This document shows positions 48,500-57,319 of a DNA stretch of 64,000 nt, in pieces (the first letter of the stretch is position 1; the number at the start of each line of letters is the position of its first letter). The stretch spans positions 29,319 through 93,318 of the forward strand of contig JAGZDZ010000002.1 of the NCBI GenBank assembly GCA_018368535.1. The letters are read 5' to 3'. The DNA comes from Collinsella sp. Its GTDB lineage: Bacteria > Actinomycetota > Coriobacteriia > Coriobacteriales > Coriobacteriaceae. A program made the translations under genes and the position numbers. The notes below the pieces were generated by a model. It was not told where the DNA came from. It ran no database searches and saw only the letters and a program-made list of their open reading frames with translations.

Positions 48500-49511
48500 G
48501 CGTCCCCGTTACGAACTTGCCGGTCACTCTCGGGTTGAGGCTCCCGCAGAAGCGCCCGATCTGCTGCATCTGCTCGCGCGACGCGGCGGTTATGACCATG
48601 ACGCATGGAACGTACTCTCCGCCCGGTGCCGCTACGGGAACTGGTGCGGGCTGCACCGGTGCCATCGGAACTGGCTCCGGAACGTCCGGTTCCGGCTCCG
48701 GAGCGATAGGCACGGGCTCCGGCGCGATGGGTGCCGTCTCCTCCGTAGGAACCGTCTCCGGCTCCGTGTCCGGCATCGCATCCTCGAACCTGCTGTCCAC
48801 GGCCTCGTGCAGCTCCGCTATGCGCTCGTCTGCCGCTTGCGCCTCGCGCGCGGCGTTGAGCGCGGAGCCGATGTCAAGCGTCTCGAAGAAGACGCGCTCC
48901 GCCGTCTCGTAGTGAGGCATGGCCTTCTGCGACTTCAAGGTCTCCCAGTCGCCAGCGATCTTGGTGACCTTCTCCTCTATCGCGTTCTTGGCCTTCACCT
49001 CTCCGAAGGTCTTGTTCAGCCACCGCTCCTCATGGATGCGGTCGTAGGGGACCACCGGCACGAGGAGGCCGGCGAGGTCTTCGTAGAACTCCTTGAGGAT
49101 GGCGTACGCTCTGTCCTTGCGCTCCTCCTCCGCCTCGTCAAGCTGCTCCTTGATGTTCGCGCTCGCCGCCTTGACCTTCGCGGTGATGGCGTTGGCCTTC
49201 GCCTCGAACTCGTCGTAGGGGCGCATGTACTCGCGCTTCACGGCCTTGCGGCGCTCGTCTATCTCCTTGGCGATGCCGTTGAGGTAGGTGCGGTCGCGTT
49301 TCGCCTGCTTGATGTTCTCCGCATCGGAGAGGTCATAGCGCGCGTCCTTGTAGTCGGCGATCAGCTTGTCCACCCGCGCGTCGAGCGACGCGAAGTTCGC
49401 CTCGATGGCGGCGGGGGTGAACGACACGGCGAGGCCCTTGTCCTCGACCGCCTCGGCCTCGATGACCTCAGCCTCGACCTCTACGGGCTCTTCCTTCTTC
49501 GCCCTAGTCAT
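48447..49511 (-). CDS. hypothetical phage recombination-module protein (possibly DUF1351/Gp157-like), Pro-rich linker
   Basis: 354 aa. Coiled N-terminal half. PEPVPIAPEPEPDVPEPVPMAP linker. Confidence 0.35.
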   Translation of the reverse strand: MTRAKKEEPVEVEAEVIEAEAVEDKGLAVSFTPAAIEANFASLDARVDKLIADYKDARYDLSDAENIKQAKRDRTYLNGIAKEIDERRKAVKREYMRPYDEFEAKANAITAKVKAASANIKEQLDEAEEERKDRAYAILKEFYEDLAGLLVPVVPYDRIHEERWLNKTFGEVKAKNAIEEKVTKIAGDWETLKSQKAMPHYETAERVFFETLDIGSALNAAREAQAADERIAELHEAVDSRFEDAMPDTEPETVPTEETAPIAPEPVPIAPEPEPDVPEPVPMAPVQPAPVPVAAPGGEYVPCVMVITAASREQMQQIGRFCGSLNPRVTGKFVTGTLEQAYEKERRQIGGFNA

Positions 49512-50787
49512 CCTCTTCTCCTTCCATGGCGGTTCGGCAGGCTTCCGCCGTGCGCTTCTCCGCCTCCGTCAGCTCGTAACCGTCTGCCTCCATCGCTTCG
49601 AGCAGCGCGACCATGTCCTGCGCCGCGCCGCGCCATACGTACTCGGCTCCGCCGCCGTTGAGGATGTTCCACACCCCGTACGCGGTCGGAAGCGACAGCG
49701 ACTCGTATCCCAGCGCAGTGGCGAGTGGGCAGGGGCCCGTCTCGATCTCCACGTGCGCCTTCTGCTCGAACTCGGCGACATCTCGACTCTCCACCGCCTT
49801 CTTCGCGAGCATGCGCGAGGTCTTCTTCATGGAGAGCACGTCGCCGATGCGCTCGCTTATCCACGCGATGCGCGCCTTCATGGCGTCATCGAACGCTGCG
49901 TAGAAGTCCGCCTTGTCCTGCGCCTCGCGCTGCGCCTCCTCATCGACCTGCTCGCCGTCGCTCGCGGGCTTCATGAACGTGAGGCCGTACCGGGTCTCCA
50001 CCGCGACGCATCCGTCGCCGTGCCCTTCGAGGAACGAGTCGAGCTGTCCGCTGTCGTAGGTGCTGAACGTGCGCTCCGCCTTGTAGCCCTCCGGGGTCTT
50101 CTCGGCGATCTCCACGCCCGCCTCCTTCGCGGAGGCGACCATCCGCGCCATGACCTCCCTGCGGTTGCGCTCCGCGACAAGGCCCTCGTAGATGCGGTGC
50201 CACTCCTTCGGGGAGCAGTCGCGCAGCTTCGCGACCGCCTCGGGGTCTCCCTCGAACTCTCCGATGGCGATGAGGCGGTCGATGGTCATGTCGTAGGCGG
50301 CGTCCCCTGCGGTCTTAGCCGCCTTACGGGCGCGCTTGACCTTGCCCGCATCCATGCGTGCGACCGCAGCGATCTCGTCGTCGGGGATGTCGAGCGCGAG
50401 CATGGTCTGCACGCCCTTGCTCATCTCCTCCGCCGTGAGCGCGCGCTTCGCGTCGGTCTCGACCATCGCCTTGGCGGCCTCCTGCCGCGCGGTCTCCGCG
50501 TCGGAGAGGTCGTCGAACACGTCGGCGTAGAAACGCTTCGTGCCCAGCTTCTTCATCGCCCAATAGCGGCACTCGCCGTCGATGATCTGGTAGATGCCTC
50601 CGTCCTTGTAGAGGATGGGACGCACCCGGGGCTGGCCTGGGTTGAGCTTGTTGAACTTGAACTGCTCGGCGAGCTGCGCGATGTACTCCTGGCACTCCTT
50701 GCTCGTCACGTCGCGCGGGTTCATCCGCACGTCGCCCTCTTGGTACGGGTAGACATCCTCGATGTCCACAAGCTGCATGAACTGCAC
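49504..50787 (-). CDS. ParB/Srx-like nuclease domain protein
   Basis: ILYKDGGIYQIIDGECRYWAMKKLG matches the ParB N-terminal catalytic motif context. Confidence 0.45.
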   Translation of the reverse strand: MQFMQLVDIEDVYPYQEGDVRMNPRDVTSKECQEYIAQLAEQFKFNKLNPGQPRVRPILYKDGGIYQIIDGECRYWAMKKLGTKRFYADVFDDLSDAETARQEAAKAMVETDAKRALTAEEMSKGVQTMLALDIPDDEIAAVARMDAGKVKRARKAAKTAGDAAYDMTIDRLIAIGEFEGDPEAVAKLRDCSPKEWHRIYEGLVAERNRREVMARMVASAKEAGVEIAEKTPEGYKAERTFSTYDSGQLDSFLEGHGDGCVAVETRYGLTFMKPASDGEQVDEEAQREAQDKADFYAAFDDAMKARIAWISERIGDVLSMKKTSRMLAKKAVESRDVAEFEQKAHVEIETGPCPLATALGYESLSLPTAYGVWNILNGGGAEYVWRGAAQDMVALLEAMEADGYELTEAEKRTAEACRTAMEGEEDD

Positions 50788-51128
50788 TAGCCACGCACCT
50801 CCTTGAGGATGTCCAGAAGCGACGCCGCGCGGGCGAACTCGACCTCGAAGCCGATGCTCCCCTCGGAGCTGTCGATCAGGTACCCGATGGCGGCCATCTT
50901 CCCGAGGCCGCGCGCGTCCTCGCGCATCTCCTCGTATGCCTTCTCGCCACGGTCGCCGTGGATGATCTCGTCCGCCATCGCCGCCGCGCCCAGGGAGATG
51001 CCCCTGCGGACAACGGCGTCGATGAGGTCGCTCGCGTTCTTCTCATCGAACGCCTTGTAGATGCGTTCGAGGCACGCCTCGATGTCCTTTTCGGTCATCA
51101 TCTTGAGCGTGGCCTTCTTCTCACTCAT
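50787..51128 (-). CDS. hypothetical phage protein
   Basis: MSEKKATLKMM start after AGGAGG. The ORF track began far upstream at 51500. Confidence 0.45.
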   Translation of the reverse strand: MSEKKATLKMMTEKDIEACLERIYKAFDEKNASDLIDAVVRRGISLGAAAMADEIIHGDRGEKAYEEMREDARGLGKMAAIGYLIDSSEGSIGFEVEFARAASLLDILKEVRG

Positions 51129-51681
51129 GCTGTTTCCTCCTGATGTTGTCGTTGACCTTCTTCTGTATGCGCTCCTTGCGCTTCTGCGCCGCTTTGACCT
51201 TGCGCTTGAGGTACGCCGCCGCCCACCGCTCCATGGCCTCGTCGTAGTCCTCCGCAGCCTTGGCCCTCTCGTAGGCGTCCATGCCGTCCGTCGGGGGCTT
51301 CTTCGGCATCGGGTCGGCTCTCGACTCCCTCTCCGCCTCCGTCCTCTCGTAGACCGCGCGCTGCTCCGGCGTGAGCTCCGCCATGAGGTCGGAGATGCGC
51401 CACTCGATGTCGGCGAGCTGCTTCTTGAGGCGGCACGGCTCGCATATGCCCGTGTCTCCGAGGGTCGCCCTCCTGCACCCGCAGACCGGGCAGGTCTCAA
51501 GCCTCGGCTCGTAGTAGCGGGTGGTCACGCGGTATCCGAGGCTCCGCAGGCGGTCCACTGCGTACTTGAGCTGGTTCTTCGACAGCTTCAAGCACCTGCG
51601 CAGCTCGCGCTCCGGCATAGTCCCGGCGAGTTCGGCTACCTTCTTGAGTTCTCCCGTGGTCCATGCCTTCGCTTTGGTCAT
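51121..51681 (-). CDS. hypothetical phage protein with N-terminal HTH-like segment and CxxC...CxxC zinc ribbon
   Basis: CPVCGCRR...CEPCR. Confidence 0.4.
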   Translation of the reverse strand: MTKAKAWTTGELKKVAELAGTMPERELRRCLKLSKNQLKYAVDRLRSLGYRVTTRYYEPRLETCPVCGCRRATLGDTGICEPCRLKKQLADIEWRISDLMAELTPEQRAVYERTEAERESRADPMPKKPPTDGMDAYERAKAAEDYDEAMERWAAAYLKRKVKAAQKRKERIQKKVNDNIRRKQHE

Positions 51682-52043
51682 GCCGTGCGCACCTCCACCT
51701 CGATGCGCGGGTGCTGCTTGTCGTAGTCGAACCTGTCGGCGAGCCCTGCCACGTATCTGGGCGTGTCATCGAGTATGACTCCCGCGCGGACGAGGCCGTC
51801 GAGGATGAACTTCTTGGCGAACGCCACGTTGTCCATGTCCCTGCGGCGGTTCTCCTCGACCCACGTGAAGATGATCTCCACGCGCCCGTTGAAGCTGGGC
51901 ATGCGCTGCTCCACGGCGGCGATGCCGGCGCGCTCCGTCTGCTGCTTCTTCATCTTCGAGGCGGCGAAGCGGTTCGACCTCTCGGCGCGCACGTAGTCGT
52001 TCAGACCGGGCATCCTGCCGGGTATGACCATGCGCGCCCTCAT
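51678..52043 (-). CDS. rusA: RusA-family Holliday junction resolvase
   Basis: LNDYVRAERSNRFAASKMKK and RRDMDNVAFAKKFILDGLVRAGVILDD match the RusA catalytic Asp cluster. GAGGGG RBS. ATGA overlap with the upstream gene. Confidence 0.6.
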   Translation of the reverse strand: MRARMVIPGRMPGLNDYVRAERSNRFAASKMKKQQTERAGIAAVEQRMPSFNGRVEIIFTWVEENRRRDMDNVAFAKKFILDGLVRAGVILDDTPRYVAGLADRFDYDKQHPRIEVEVRTA

Positions 52044-52441
52044 CGGACGCCCCTCTGTACGTCCCATACGGCCCGCGCCTCCGCGAGCGAGCTCGCGACG
52101 AACTCGTCCTCGCCCACGATGTCGTTCCAGAACTGGACGAGCGGCACCTGGTCGATGGGAGTGTCGCGGAAGCTGATGGCGGACAGCAGGCTGGGGCGCT
52201 CCATGACCATGTAGCGCGTGAGGACGCTCCACAGGTTGTGGTCGCGCTTGAACTCGCTCGCGAGCCTCACGTCCATGCCGTAGCGCCGCGCGAGCTCGTA
52301 GACGTTGCCGCGCTGGATGAGGTCGCCCTCCTCCATGAGGTAGCCGCAGAAGTCCTTGAGCTTCTGCCACTTGTCTGGGTGCAGCCGCACCCAGTGGCAT
52401 GCCTTGGCCACCATCTGGCGGGCGCGTTCCTCGGAGCTCAT
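52040..52441 (-). CDS. hypothetical phage protein
   Basis: MSSEERARQMVAKACHWV start after GGAGGG. Confidence 0.4.
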   Translation of the reverse strand: MSSEERARQMVAKACHWVRLHPDKWQKLKDFCGYLMEEGDLIQRGNVYELARRYGMDVRLASEFKRDHNLWSVLTRYMVMERPSLLSAISFRDTPIDQVPLVQFWNDIVGEDEFVASSLAEARAVWDVQRGVR

Positions 52442-52638
52442 AGCGCCCTCCACACCCAGACGGCAGCGCCGATCATCGCCGCCATGAAGCCGCCGATGAT
52501 GGTCCACGACGGCACGGGCTCAAACAGCCAGATGAGGAACGCCGCCGCGAGCATGGGCAGGATGCCCGTCATCGTCAGCGCCATGAACGCCGTGAGCAGC
52601 CATTCCTTGGGGCCGTGCGGCCATCCGTCTGCTAACAT
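52438..52638 (-). CDS. small membrane protein
   Basis: 66 aa, two TM helices, weak RBS. Confidence 0.3.
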   Translation of the reverse strand: MLADGWPHGPKEWLLTAFMALTMTGILPMLAAAFLIWLFEPVPSWTIIGGFMAAMIGAAVWVWRAL

Positions 52639-52819
52639 GGTTCTCGGCTCAACTCCGAGCCGATCTTGGCGGGGGCGCGCGTGATGCTGGCAGGCTGTGG
52701 CGCGCCCCCTCTCTGTCTTGATCGTCTCCATTCTTTGAATCTCCTCTCGTTTTCGGGGCACTTGTAGAACTCGGTCATAGAGGCTCGTATCTGCCTGCAC
52801 ATGGCCGCCTGCTTTGGCG

Positions 52820-53032
52820 TCACTCCGCCTCCTCGCAGATGGACAGCTTGCCGTCGTTGACCTGGTACTGGACGCCGCAGACCTCGAACATGCAGTAGGC
52901 GCTGGGGTCGTTGCCGTCGGCTTCGAGGGGCGTGACGCGGAACGCGTGGAAGCCGAACTGCTTGTCGGCGTAGCGTTTGACGGCATCAATCGTGTCGGTC
53001 GCATCGCGCAGGTTCTTGGGTTTCGTTGCCAT
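52820..53032 (-). CDS. hypothetical phage protein
   Basis: 70-aa ORF downstream of cro. Confidence 0.4.
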   Translation of the reverse strand: MATKPKNLRDATDTIDAVKRYADKQFGFHAFRVTPLEADGNDPSAYCMFEVCGVQYQVNDGKLSICEEAE

Positions 53033-53056
53033 GTGTGGCTCCTTCCAGCTATAGGT

Positions 53057-53257
53057 TTAATTATCGTTCGTAGCGAAAAAAATATCCCGAACATCGACCT
53101 TGAACAGATGGGCCAACTTACGGGCATCATCGAGCGTGATGTCTCCCGGGTTCTTCTCCATCTTGGCGTAGGTAGCGCGGGAAACTCCCAGATAATCAGC
53201 CGCTTGCTGCTGGGTATAACGCTCTTTCTTTCGTGCTTCGATGAGCTCCATATACAC
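53057..53257 (-). CDS. cro: Cro-like XRE-family HTH regulator
   Basis: YTQQQAADYLGVSRATYAKMEKN is an XRE HTH. Divergent from cI. Confidence 0.7.
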   Translation of the reverse strand: MYMELIEARKKERYTQQQAADYLGVSRATYAKMEKNPGDITLDDARKLAHLFKVDVRDIFFATNDN

Positions 53258-53356
53258 CTCCTCCCGTTGTCAAAAAACTATAGTCAAACCTATATGAAAT
53301 GTAAAGAGATTTTCTCATATAATGTAGAAAAAGTTTAGCATCAGGAAGGCACTGCT
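53258..53356. promoter_or_regulatory. cI/cro intergenic switch region with palindromic operator candidate TATAGTCAAACCTATA (53280-53295) and -10-like TATAAT
   Basis: 99-nt AT-rich divergent-promoter region. Confidence 0.45.
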
Positions 53357-54004
53357 ATGACTATCGGCGCAAACATACGAAGAATCAGGGAGCGCCATGA
53401 CATGACGCAAGAGGAGTTTGGGCGAATTGCCAACGTCTCCTCGATGGCGGTCTCTCAATGGGAAAACGACCGTGCCGTTCCGCGTATGGGAGCGGTTCAG
53501 GCCATCGCCGATTATTTCAAGATCAGCAAGGGCGAGATTATAGACGATGAACCCGTTCCTGCAGCACAGCCCGCAGGTGCCATCCCCGTCTACTCGTCCG
53601 GCGAGGCGACCGTGCCGCTCCTCACCCTTGGGCGCGTCCACGCGGGCGCGCTCACGGACGAGGAGGAGGCGGAGGTCCGCGTCGAGGTTCCAGCGTCCGT
53701 GTGCTCGCGCCACCCGCGCGCCTTCGCGCTTGTGGTCGAGGGAACCTGCATGGACAGGGTGATACCGGAGGGCGCGCACGTCCTCGTTGACCCCGACCGC
53801 GAGCCGCAGAACGGCTCCATAGCGGTGGTCGAGACGGAGGCGTACCAGGCGGTCATGCGCCGCTGGTATCGCGGCAGCAACACGCTCATGCTCGCGGCTG
53901 ATAGCCACGAGGAGCAGGACGACATGGTGTTCGGCATGGACGACGGGCCGGTGCGCGTGATCGGCACCGTGGTCTGGTGGCAGGCACCCGAGGAGATGGA
54001 GTAG
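53357..54004 (+). CDS. cI: CI-like repressor (XRE HTH plus S24/LexA-like peptidase domain)
   Basis: N-terminal HTH MTQEEFGRIANVSSMAVSQWEN. C-terminal S24 fold with a conserved Ser...Lys spacing context. Confidence 0.75.
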   Translation: MTIGANIRRIRERHDMTQEEFGRIANVSSMAVSQWENDRAVPRMGAVQAIADYFKISKGEIIDDEPVPAAQPAGAIPVYSSGEATVPLLTLGRVHAGALTDEEEAEVRVEVPASVCSRHPRAFALVVEGTCMDRVIPEGAHVLVDPDREPQNGSIAVVETEAYQAVMRRWYRGSNTLMLAADSHEEQDDMVFGMDDGPVRVIGTVVWWQAPEEME

Positions 54005-54006
54005 CC

Positions 54007-54720
54007 ATGGGACTGCTCGACTTTTTCAGGAAGAAGCCGAAGGAGCCGACGGCGAAGGTAACTTTGAAAATGACCTACCGAACTCCGGACGGCAGGGAGA
54101 TTGACACCGACAGTGACGAGTTTCGCGCGATTCAAGCAAATGCTGCGCGGCAGCGCGAGGAGGAGCTGCGCCAACGTGAGGAGAGGCAGGAGCGAAACAA
54201 GGCGTTCTTGTCTGATAACGGCGTGGACGTCGATGGGTTCTATCCGGAGAAGGTTGTGGCCGATGCCTTCGCAATCATCGACGGGATATGCCCTCCCATG
54301 ACGCGATTCGACCACGGCATGCGGTACGAGATGCCGGTCGTTACGTTCTCGTCGCCGACGAGAACAGGGAAGGTTCCAAAGAACGTGGTGACCGCGCACT
54401 TGAGCCATGAAGACGTCCGCGAGGTGCCTACCGAGTTCCCAGGGGTGACGGTTCCTGAATACGGCGACATGATCAACATCACGCTGCACTACCTCGCGAG
54501 CGGACTGGTCAACAAGGCTGATGTGAACGCCTCTCATGGGAATACGTTCATATCGGTCAATATTAGAAACGTATCGGGAAACCTGCGGATAACAGGCGGC
54601 CAGGTCACTCTCATGAAGACCAACGAAGTTTTTGCCCTCTTCCCGGGCGAGGTCCCGGAAGACCCGGGCGAGGCGGTCGCTGTGCTAGAGAACGAGGTCG
54701 ACTCGGCTTTCAAGCGGTGA
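54007..54720 (+). CDS. hypothetical protein in lysogeny module (moron/superinfection-exclusion candidate)
   Basis: ATG 2 nt after the cI stop. 237 aa. No motif I recognise. Confidence 0.45.
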   Translation: MGLLDFFRKKPKEPTAKVTLKMTYRTPDGREIDTDSDEFRAIQANAARQREEELRQREERQERNKAFLSDNGVDVDGFYPEKVVADAFAIIDGICPPMTRFDHGMRYEMPVVTFSSPTRTGKVPKNVVTAHLSHEDVREVPTEFPGVTVPEYGDMINITLHYLASGLVNKADVNASHGNTFISVNIRNVSGNLRITGGQVTLMKTNEVFALFPGEVPEDPGEAVAVLENEVDSAFKR

Positions 54721-54808
54721 CGGAATAAGGCCCCGCGCATATGGGCGGCAACCCTGCGCGAGGCCCTGCAAAAGTACCAACCCGACGAGCGGGAGGTGAA
54801 CCCATTAT

Positions 54809-56275
54809 ATGGCAAGCGCGGTGATCTACGCGCGGTACTCCTCGTCCGGACAGCGCGAGGAGTCTATAGAGGACCAGGTGCGCGTCTGCACGGAGGAGGC
54901 GCGCCGAAACGGCGACCGCATCGTGCGCGTGTACGCCGACAGGGCGACCTCCGGCACCACGACGAACCACCGCGCCGCGTTCGCGGAGATGGTGGCGGAC
55001 AGCGCGCGCGGGTGGTTCGAGAAGGTCTACGTCTACAAGACCGACAGATTCGCCCGCAACAGGTATGACAGCGCGATCTACAAGACGAAGCTCAAGCGCA
55101 ACGGCGTGCGCGTGGTCTCGGCCACGGAGCGCATAGAGGACGGCCCGGACGGCATCCTGTTGGAGGCCGTGCTTGAGGGCATGGCCGAGTACTACTCCGC
55201 GAACCTCGCGGAGAACGTGAAGCGCGGCCTGCACGGCAACGCCCTCAAATGCAAGCACAACGGCGTTAGGGTATACGGCCTTGACCTCGGCGGCGACGGC
55301 TTCTACCACGTCAACGAGGAGCAGGCGCGCGTGGTGCGCACAATGTTCGAGATGTACGACGCCGGCAGCGGCTTCCCCGAGATAGTGGACGCCTTGAGGC
55401 CGTGGCGCACGCTCATGGGCAAGCCGTTCGACATGCGCACGATCTCGAAGATGCTGCGCAACGAGAAGTACGCGGGCGTCTACGAGTACGGTGGCACGCG
55501 GGTCGAGGACGGCGTGCCAGCCATCATCGACCGTGAGCTGTTCGACCGCGTGCAGCGCAAGCTCGCGCTGCGTACGAGGAAGAGGATGGGCACCGTGGAG
55601 TACCTGCTTTCCGGCAAGCTGTTCGACGTGGACGGCAACCGTTACCAGAGCAGCAGCGGGCACGGCAAGAGCGGCAGGAAGTACACGTACTACCGATGCC
55701 CGGCCACGGGTCACATCGTCCCGCAGGAGAAACTGGAACGAGCGGTCGCCGAGGAGGTGCGCGCGTTCCTCGACTCCGACCACGTGGCGGGCATCATCGC
55801 CGACCTCGTGATGGAGGAGCAGGAGGCCGCGCTGTCCGACGACCTCGACGCCATGGACGCGATGCGCAAGCGTCTCGCGGACAACGAGCGCGAGCAGGCG
55901 CGGATGGTCGATCTCGCCGCGAAGACTGGTGCGACGGACGCGGTCGCCGCGAAGCTGGACGAGCTGGTGGCGGAGCGCGAGGCGGTCGCCGACGAGCTCG
56001 CGGAGCTTGAGAAGGGCACGCCGGTGTTCGACCGTGACCACGTTGAGTTCTGGGTCCACGAGGTAGTCGGCAAGAGGGACCCGCTTGAGGTCATCGCGCT
56101 GTTCGTGCGGCGCGTGGTGCTCGACCGCGAGGGCGAGCGGTTCCACGTCGAGTTCATAATCGACGGCGGCGGGGGAGACGGCGGCGGAAACGCAACGAAC
56201 CCCCTCCCGGACGCGCCGGATGGGGGTTCGTGTAAGTCGCGACTGGCGGAGGAGGAGGGATTCGAACCCTCGTGA
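54809..56275 (+). CDS. int: large serine recombinase (phage integrase)
   Basis: Resolvase-type N-terminus with catalytic Ser (VIYARYSSSGQ). Large C-terminal domain with CxxC zinc ribbon (YYRCPATGH) and coiled coil. The last 32 nt overlap the tRNA-Ser(CGA) 3' end. Confidence 0.85.
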   Translation: MASAVIYARYSSSGQREESIEDQVRVCTEEARRNGDRIVRVYADRATSGTTTNHRAAFAEMVADSARGWFEKVYVYKTDRFARNRYDSAIYKTKLKRNGVRVVSATERIEDGPDGILLEAVLEGMAEYYSANLAENVKRGLHGNALKCKHNGVRVYGLDLGGDGFYHVNEEQARVVRTMFEMYDAGSGFPEIVDALRPWRTLMGKPFDMRTISKMLRNEKYAGVYEYGGTRVEDGVPAIIDRELFDRVQRKLALRTRKRMGTVEYLLSGKLFDVDGNRYQSSSGHGKSGRKYTYYRCPATGHIVPQEKLERAVAEEVRAFLDSDHVAGIIADLVMEEQEAALSDDLDAMDAMRKRLADNEREQARMVDLAAKTGATDAVAAKLDELVAEREAVADELAELEKGTPVFDRDHVEFWVHEVVGKRDPLEVIALFVRRVVLDREGERFHVEFIIDGGGGDGGGNATNPLPDAPDGGSCKSRLAEEEGFEPS

Positions 56276-56334
56276 CCTTATACAGGCCAAACGGTTTTCG
56301 AGACCGCCGCATTCAACCACTCTGCCACCCCTCC
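56244..56334 (-). tRNA. tRNA-Ser (anticodon CGA), class II with long variable arm, CCA encoded
   Basis: Acceptor GGAGGGG/CTCCTCC (one G-U), anticodon loop CTCGAAA, variable arm TGGCCtgtataaGGTCA, T-arm GAGGGttcgaatCCCTC. Confidence 0.85.
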
Positions 56335-56349
56335 GCGTGGGGTAAAAAC

Positions 56350-56378
56350 AAAGCAGGCTCAAAGGCCTGCTTTGGAAT
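56350..56378 (-). terminator. rho-independent terminator between the two tRNA-Ser genes
   Basis: On the minus strand: AAAGCAGGC-ctttga-GCCTGCTTT followed by GTTTTT. Confidence 0.5.
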
Positions 56379-56382
56379 TAAC

Positions 56383-56473
56383 TGGCGGAGAGTCAGGGAT
56401 TTGAACCCTGGAGACGCTTTTGACGCCTACACGATTTCCAATCGTGCTCCTTCGGCCACTCGGACAACTCTCC
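56383..56473 (-). tRNA. tRNA-Ser (anticodon GGA), class II, CCA encoded
   Basis: GGAGAGT acceptor, anticodon loop ATTGGAAAT, long variable arm. Confidence 0.85.
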
Positions 56474-56484
56474 GTTAAATGCGA

Positions 56485-56515
56485 AAGTTAGTATACACGA
56501 GGAATCGCAAGGTGC
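56485..56515 (-). promoter_or_regulatory. putative promoter for the tRNA-Ser pair (TTGCAC, 16 nt spacer, TATACT)
   Basis: On the minus strand, immediately upstream of tRNA-Ser(GGA). Confidence 0.4.
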
Positions 56516-56923
56516 AAGCCGAAAACTTAGCATTTTTTAAAACGCTTGGCCGCACTTGGCGTTGCAGTGGGGTTTGAGGTGCCAAAAAACGGCTTCCGAC
56601 CAGCGTGGTTGATCAACTCAATTGTTCAAAAAGGGTATTCATAAGCGACTTGGCAATGAATTTAAAAATCTTTGATTGGTGCTGTGGGCCACTGGTATGC
56701 ATTTTGCGACCACAGCCTTGTGCCCGTTGACCTGCGGCTTGGCTCAGCTTGTCCCCGCGGCACCGTATCTTGTCCACAAATCCGTCAAGCATTTGGTCGG
56801 CATTTGGTTGGAATGCGCATGAAACACCGTGCGAGTATGGGCATATGTGGAGGTCATGAGGTTGTAGCTGCATATTCTTGCAGCCTAGGAGGTTGAAAGA
56901 TATTATTACCAAGTCTTTTCCTG

Positions 56924-56977
56924 CTTCAGGCGCACCTTCACGACCTGAAGCCACATTTGCCCAGAGGAGGTGACAAT
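56924..56977 (+). promoter_or_regulatory. rpsF leader hairpin (candidate S6:S18 autoregulatory element)
   Basis: CTTCAGG-cgcaccttcacga-CCTGAAG located 27 nt upstream of the rpsF ATG. Confidence 0.35.
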
Positions 56978-57271
56978 ATGAAGGCTTATGAACTGCTGTT
57001 CTTTGTTGACCCGTCGCTCGACCCCGAGACTCGTCTCGCTGTTATGAAGCGTATCGATACCACGATCGCTGAGGGCGCTGGCAAGGTCGACTCCGTTGAC
57101 GAGTGGGGCAAGCGCAAGCTCGCCTACGAGATCAACGACCTCACCGATGGTGACTACACCCTCATCAACTTCCACGCAGATCCTACCCAGATCGCCGAGC
57201 TTGATCGCGTCCTGCGCATCACCGACGCTGTGGTCCGCCACATGATCGTCCGTCGCGACGACCAGGAGTAA
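56978..57271 (+). CDS. rpsF: 30S ribosomal protein S6
   Basis: MKAYELLFFVDPSLD start after GGAGGTG. The ORF track started upstream at 56957. Confidence 0.9.
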   Translation: MKAYELLFFVDPSLDPETRLAVMKRIDTTIAEGAGKVDSVDEWGKRKLAYEINDLTDGDYTLINFHADPTQIAELDRVLRITDAVVRHMIVRRDDQE

Positions 57272-57319
57272 GACTGTCGTTTTGGACTGGGCTTGTGCCC
57301 CAAGAGGAAGTAGTGAGTT

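Larger units (their letters stand above)
18625..56275. mobile_element. integrated temperate siphovirus-like prophage (~37.6 kb): lysis, tail (with DGR), head, packaging, replication/recombination, cro/cI, serine integrase
   Basis: Uniform minus-strand late and early operons, divergent cI/cro, integrase abutting tRNA-Ser. Boundaries inferred from the flanking 25-nt inverted repeats. Confidence 0.85.

Noticed and set aside
35266-50790. Long plus-strand ORFs across the prophage (35266-36855, 39624-40955, 42148-43539, 48411-49661, 49366-50790 and others)
   Set aside because: All are antisense to coherent, RBS-bearing, translationally coupled minus-strand phage genes and have Arg/Leu/Gly-rich compositions typical of high-GC antisense artefacts.
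56520-56954. Small ORFs (56613-56954 minus; 56672-56896 plus) between tRNA-Ser and rpsF
   Set aside because: Mutually overlapping, with no RBS and low-complexity products. The region more likely holds the rpsF and tRNA promoters and leader.
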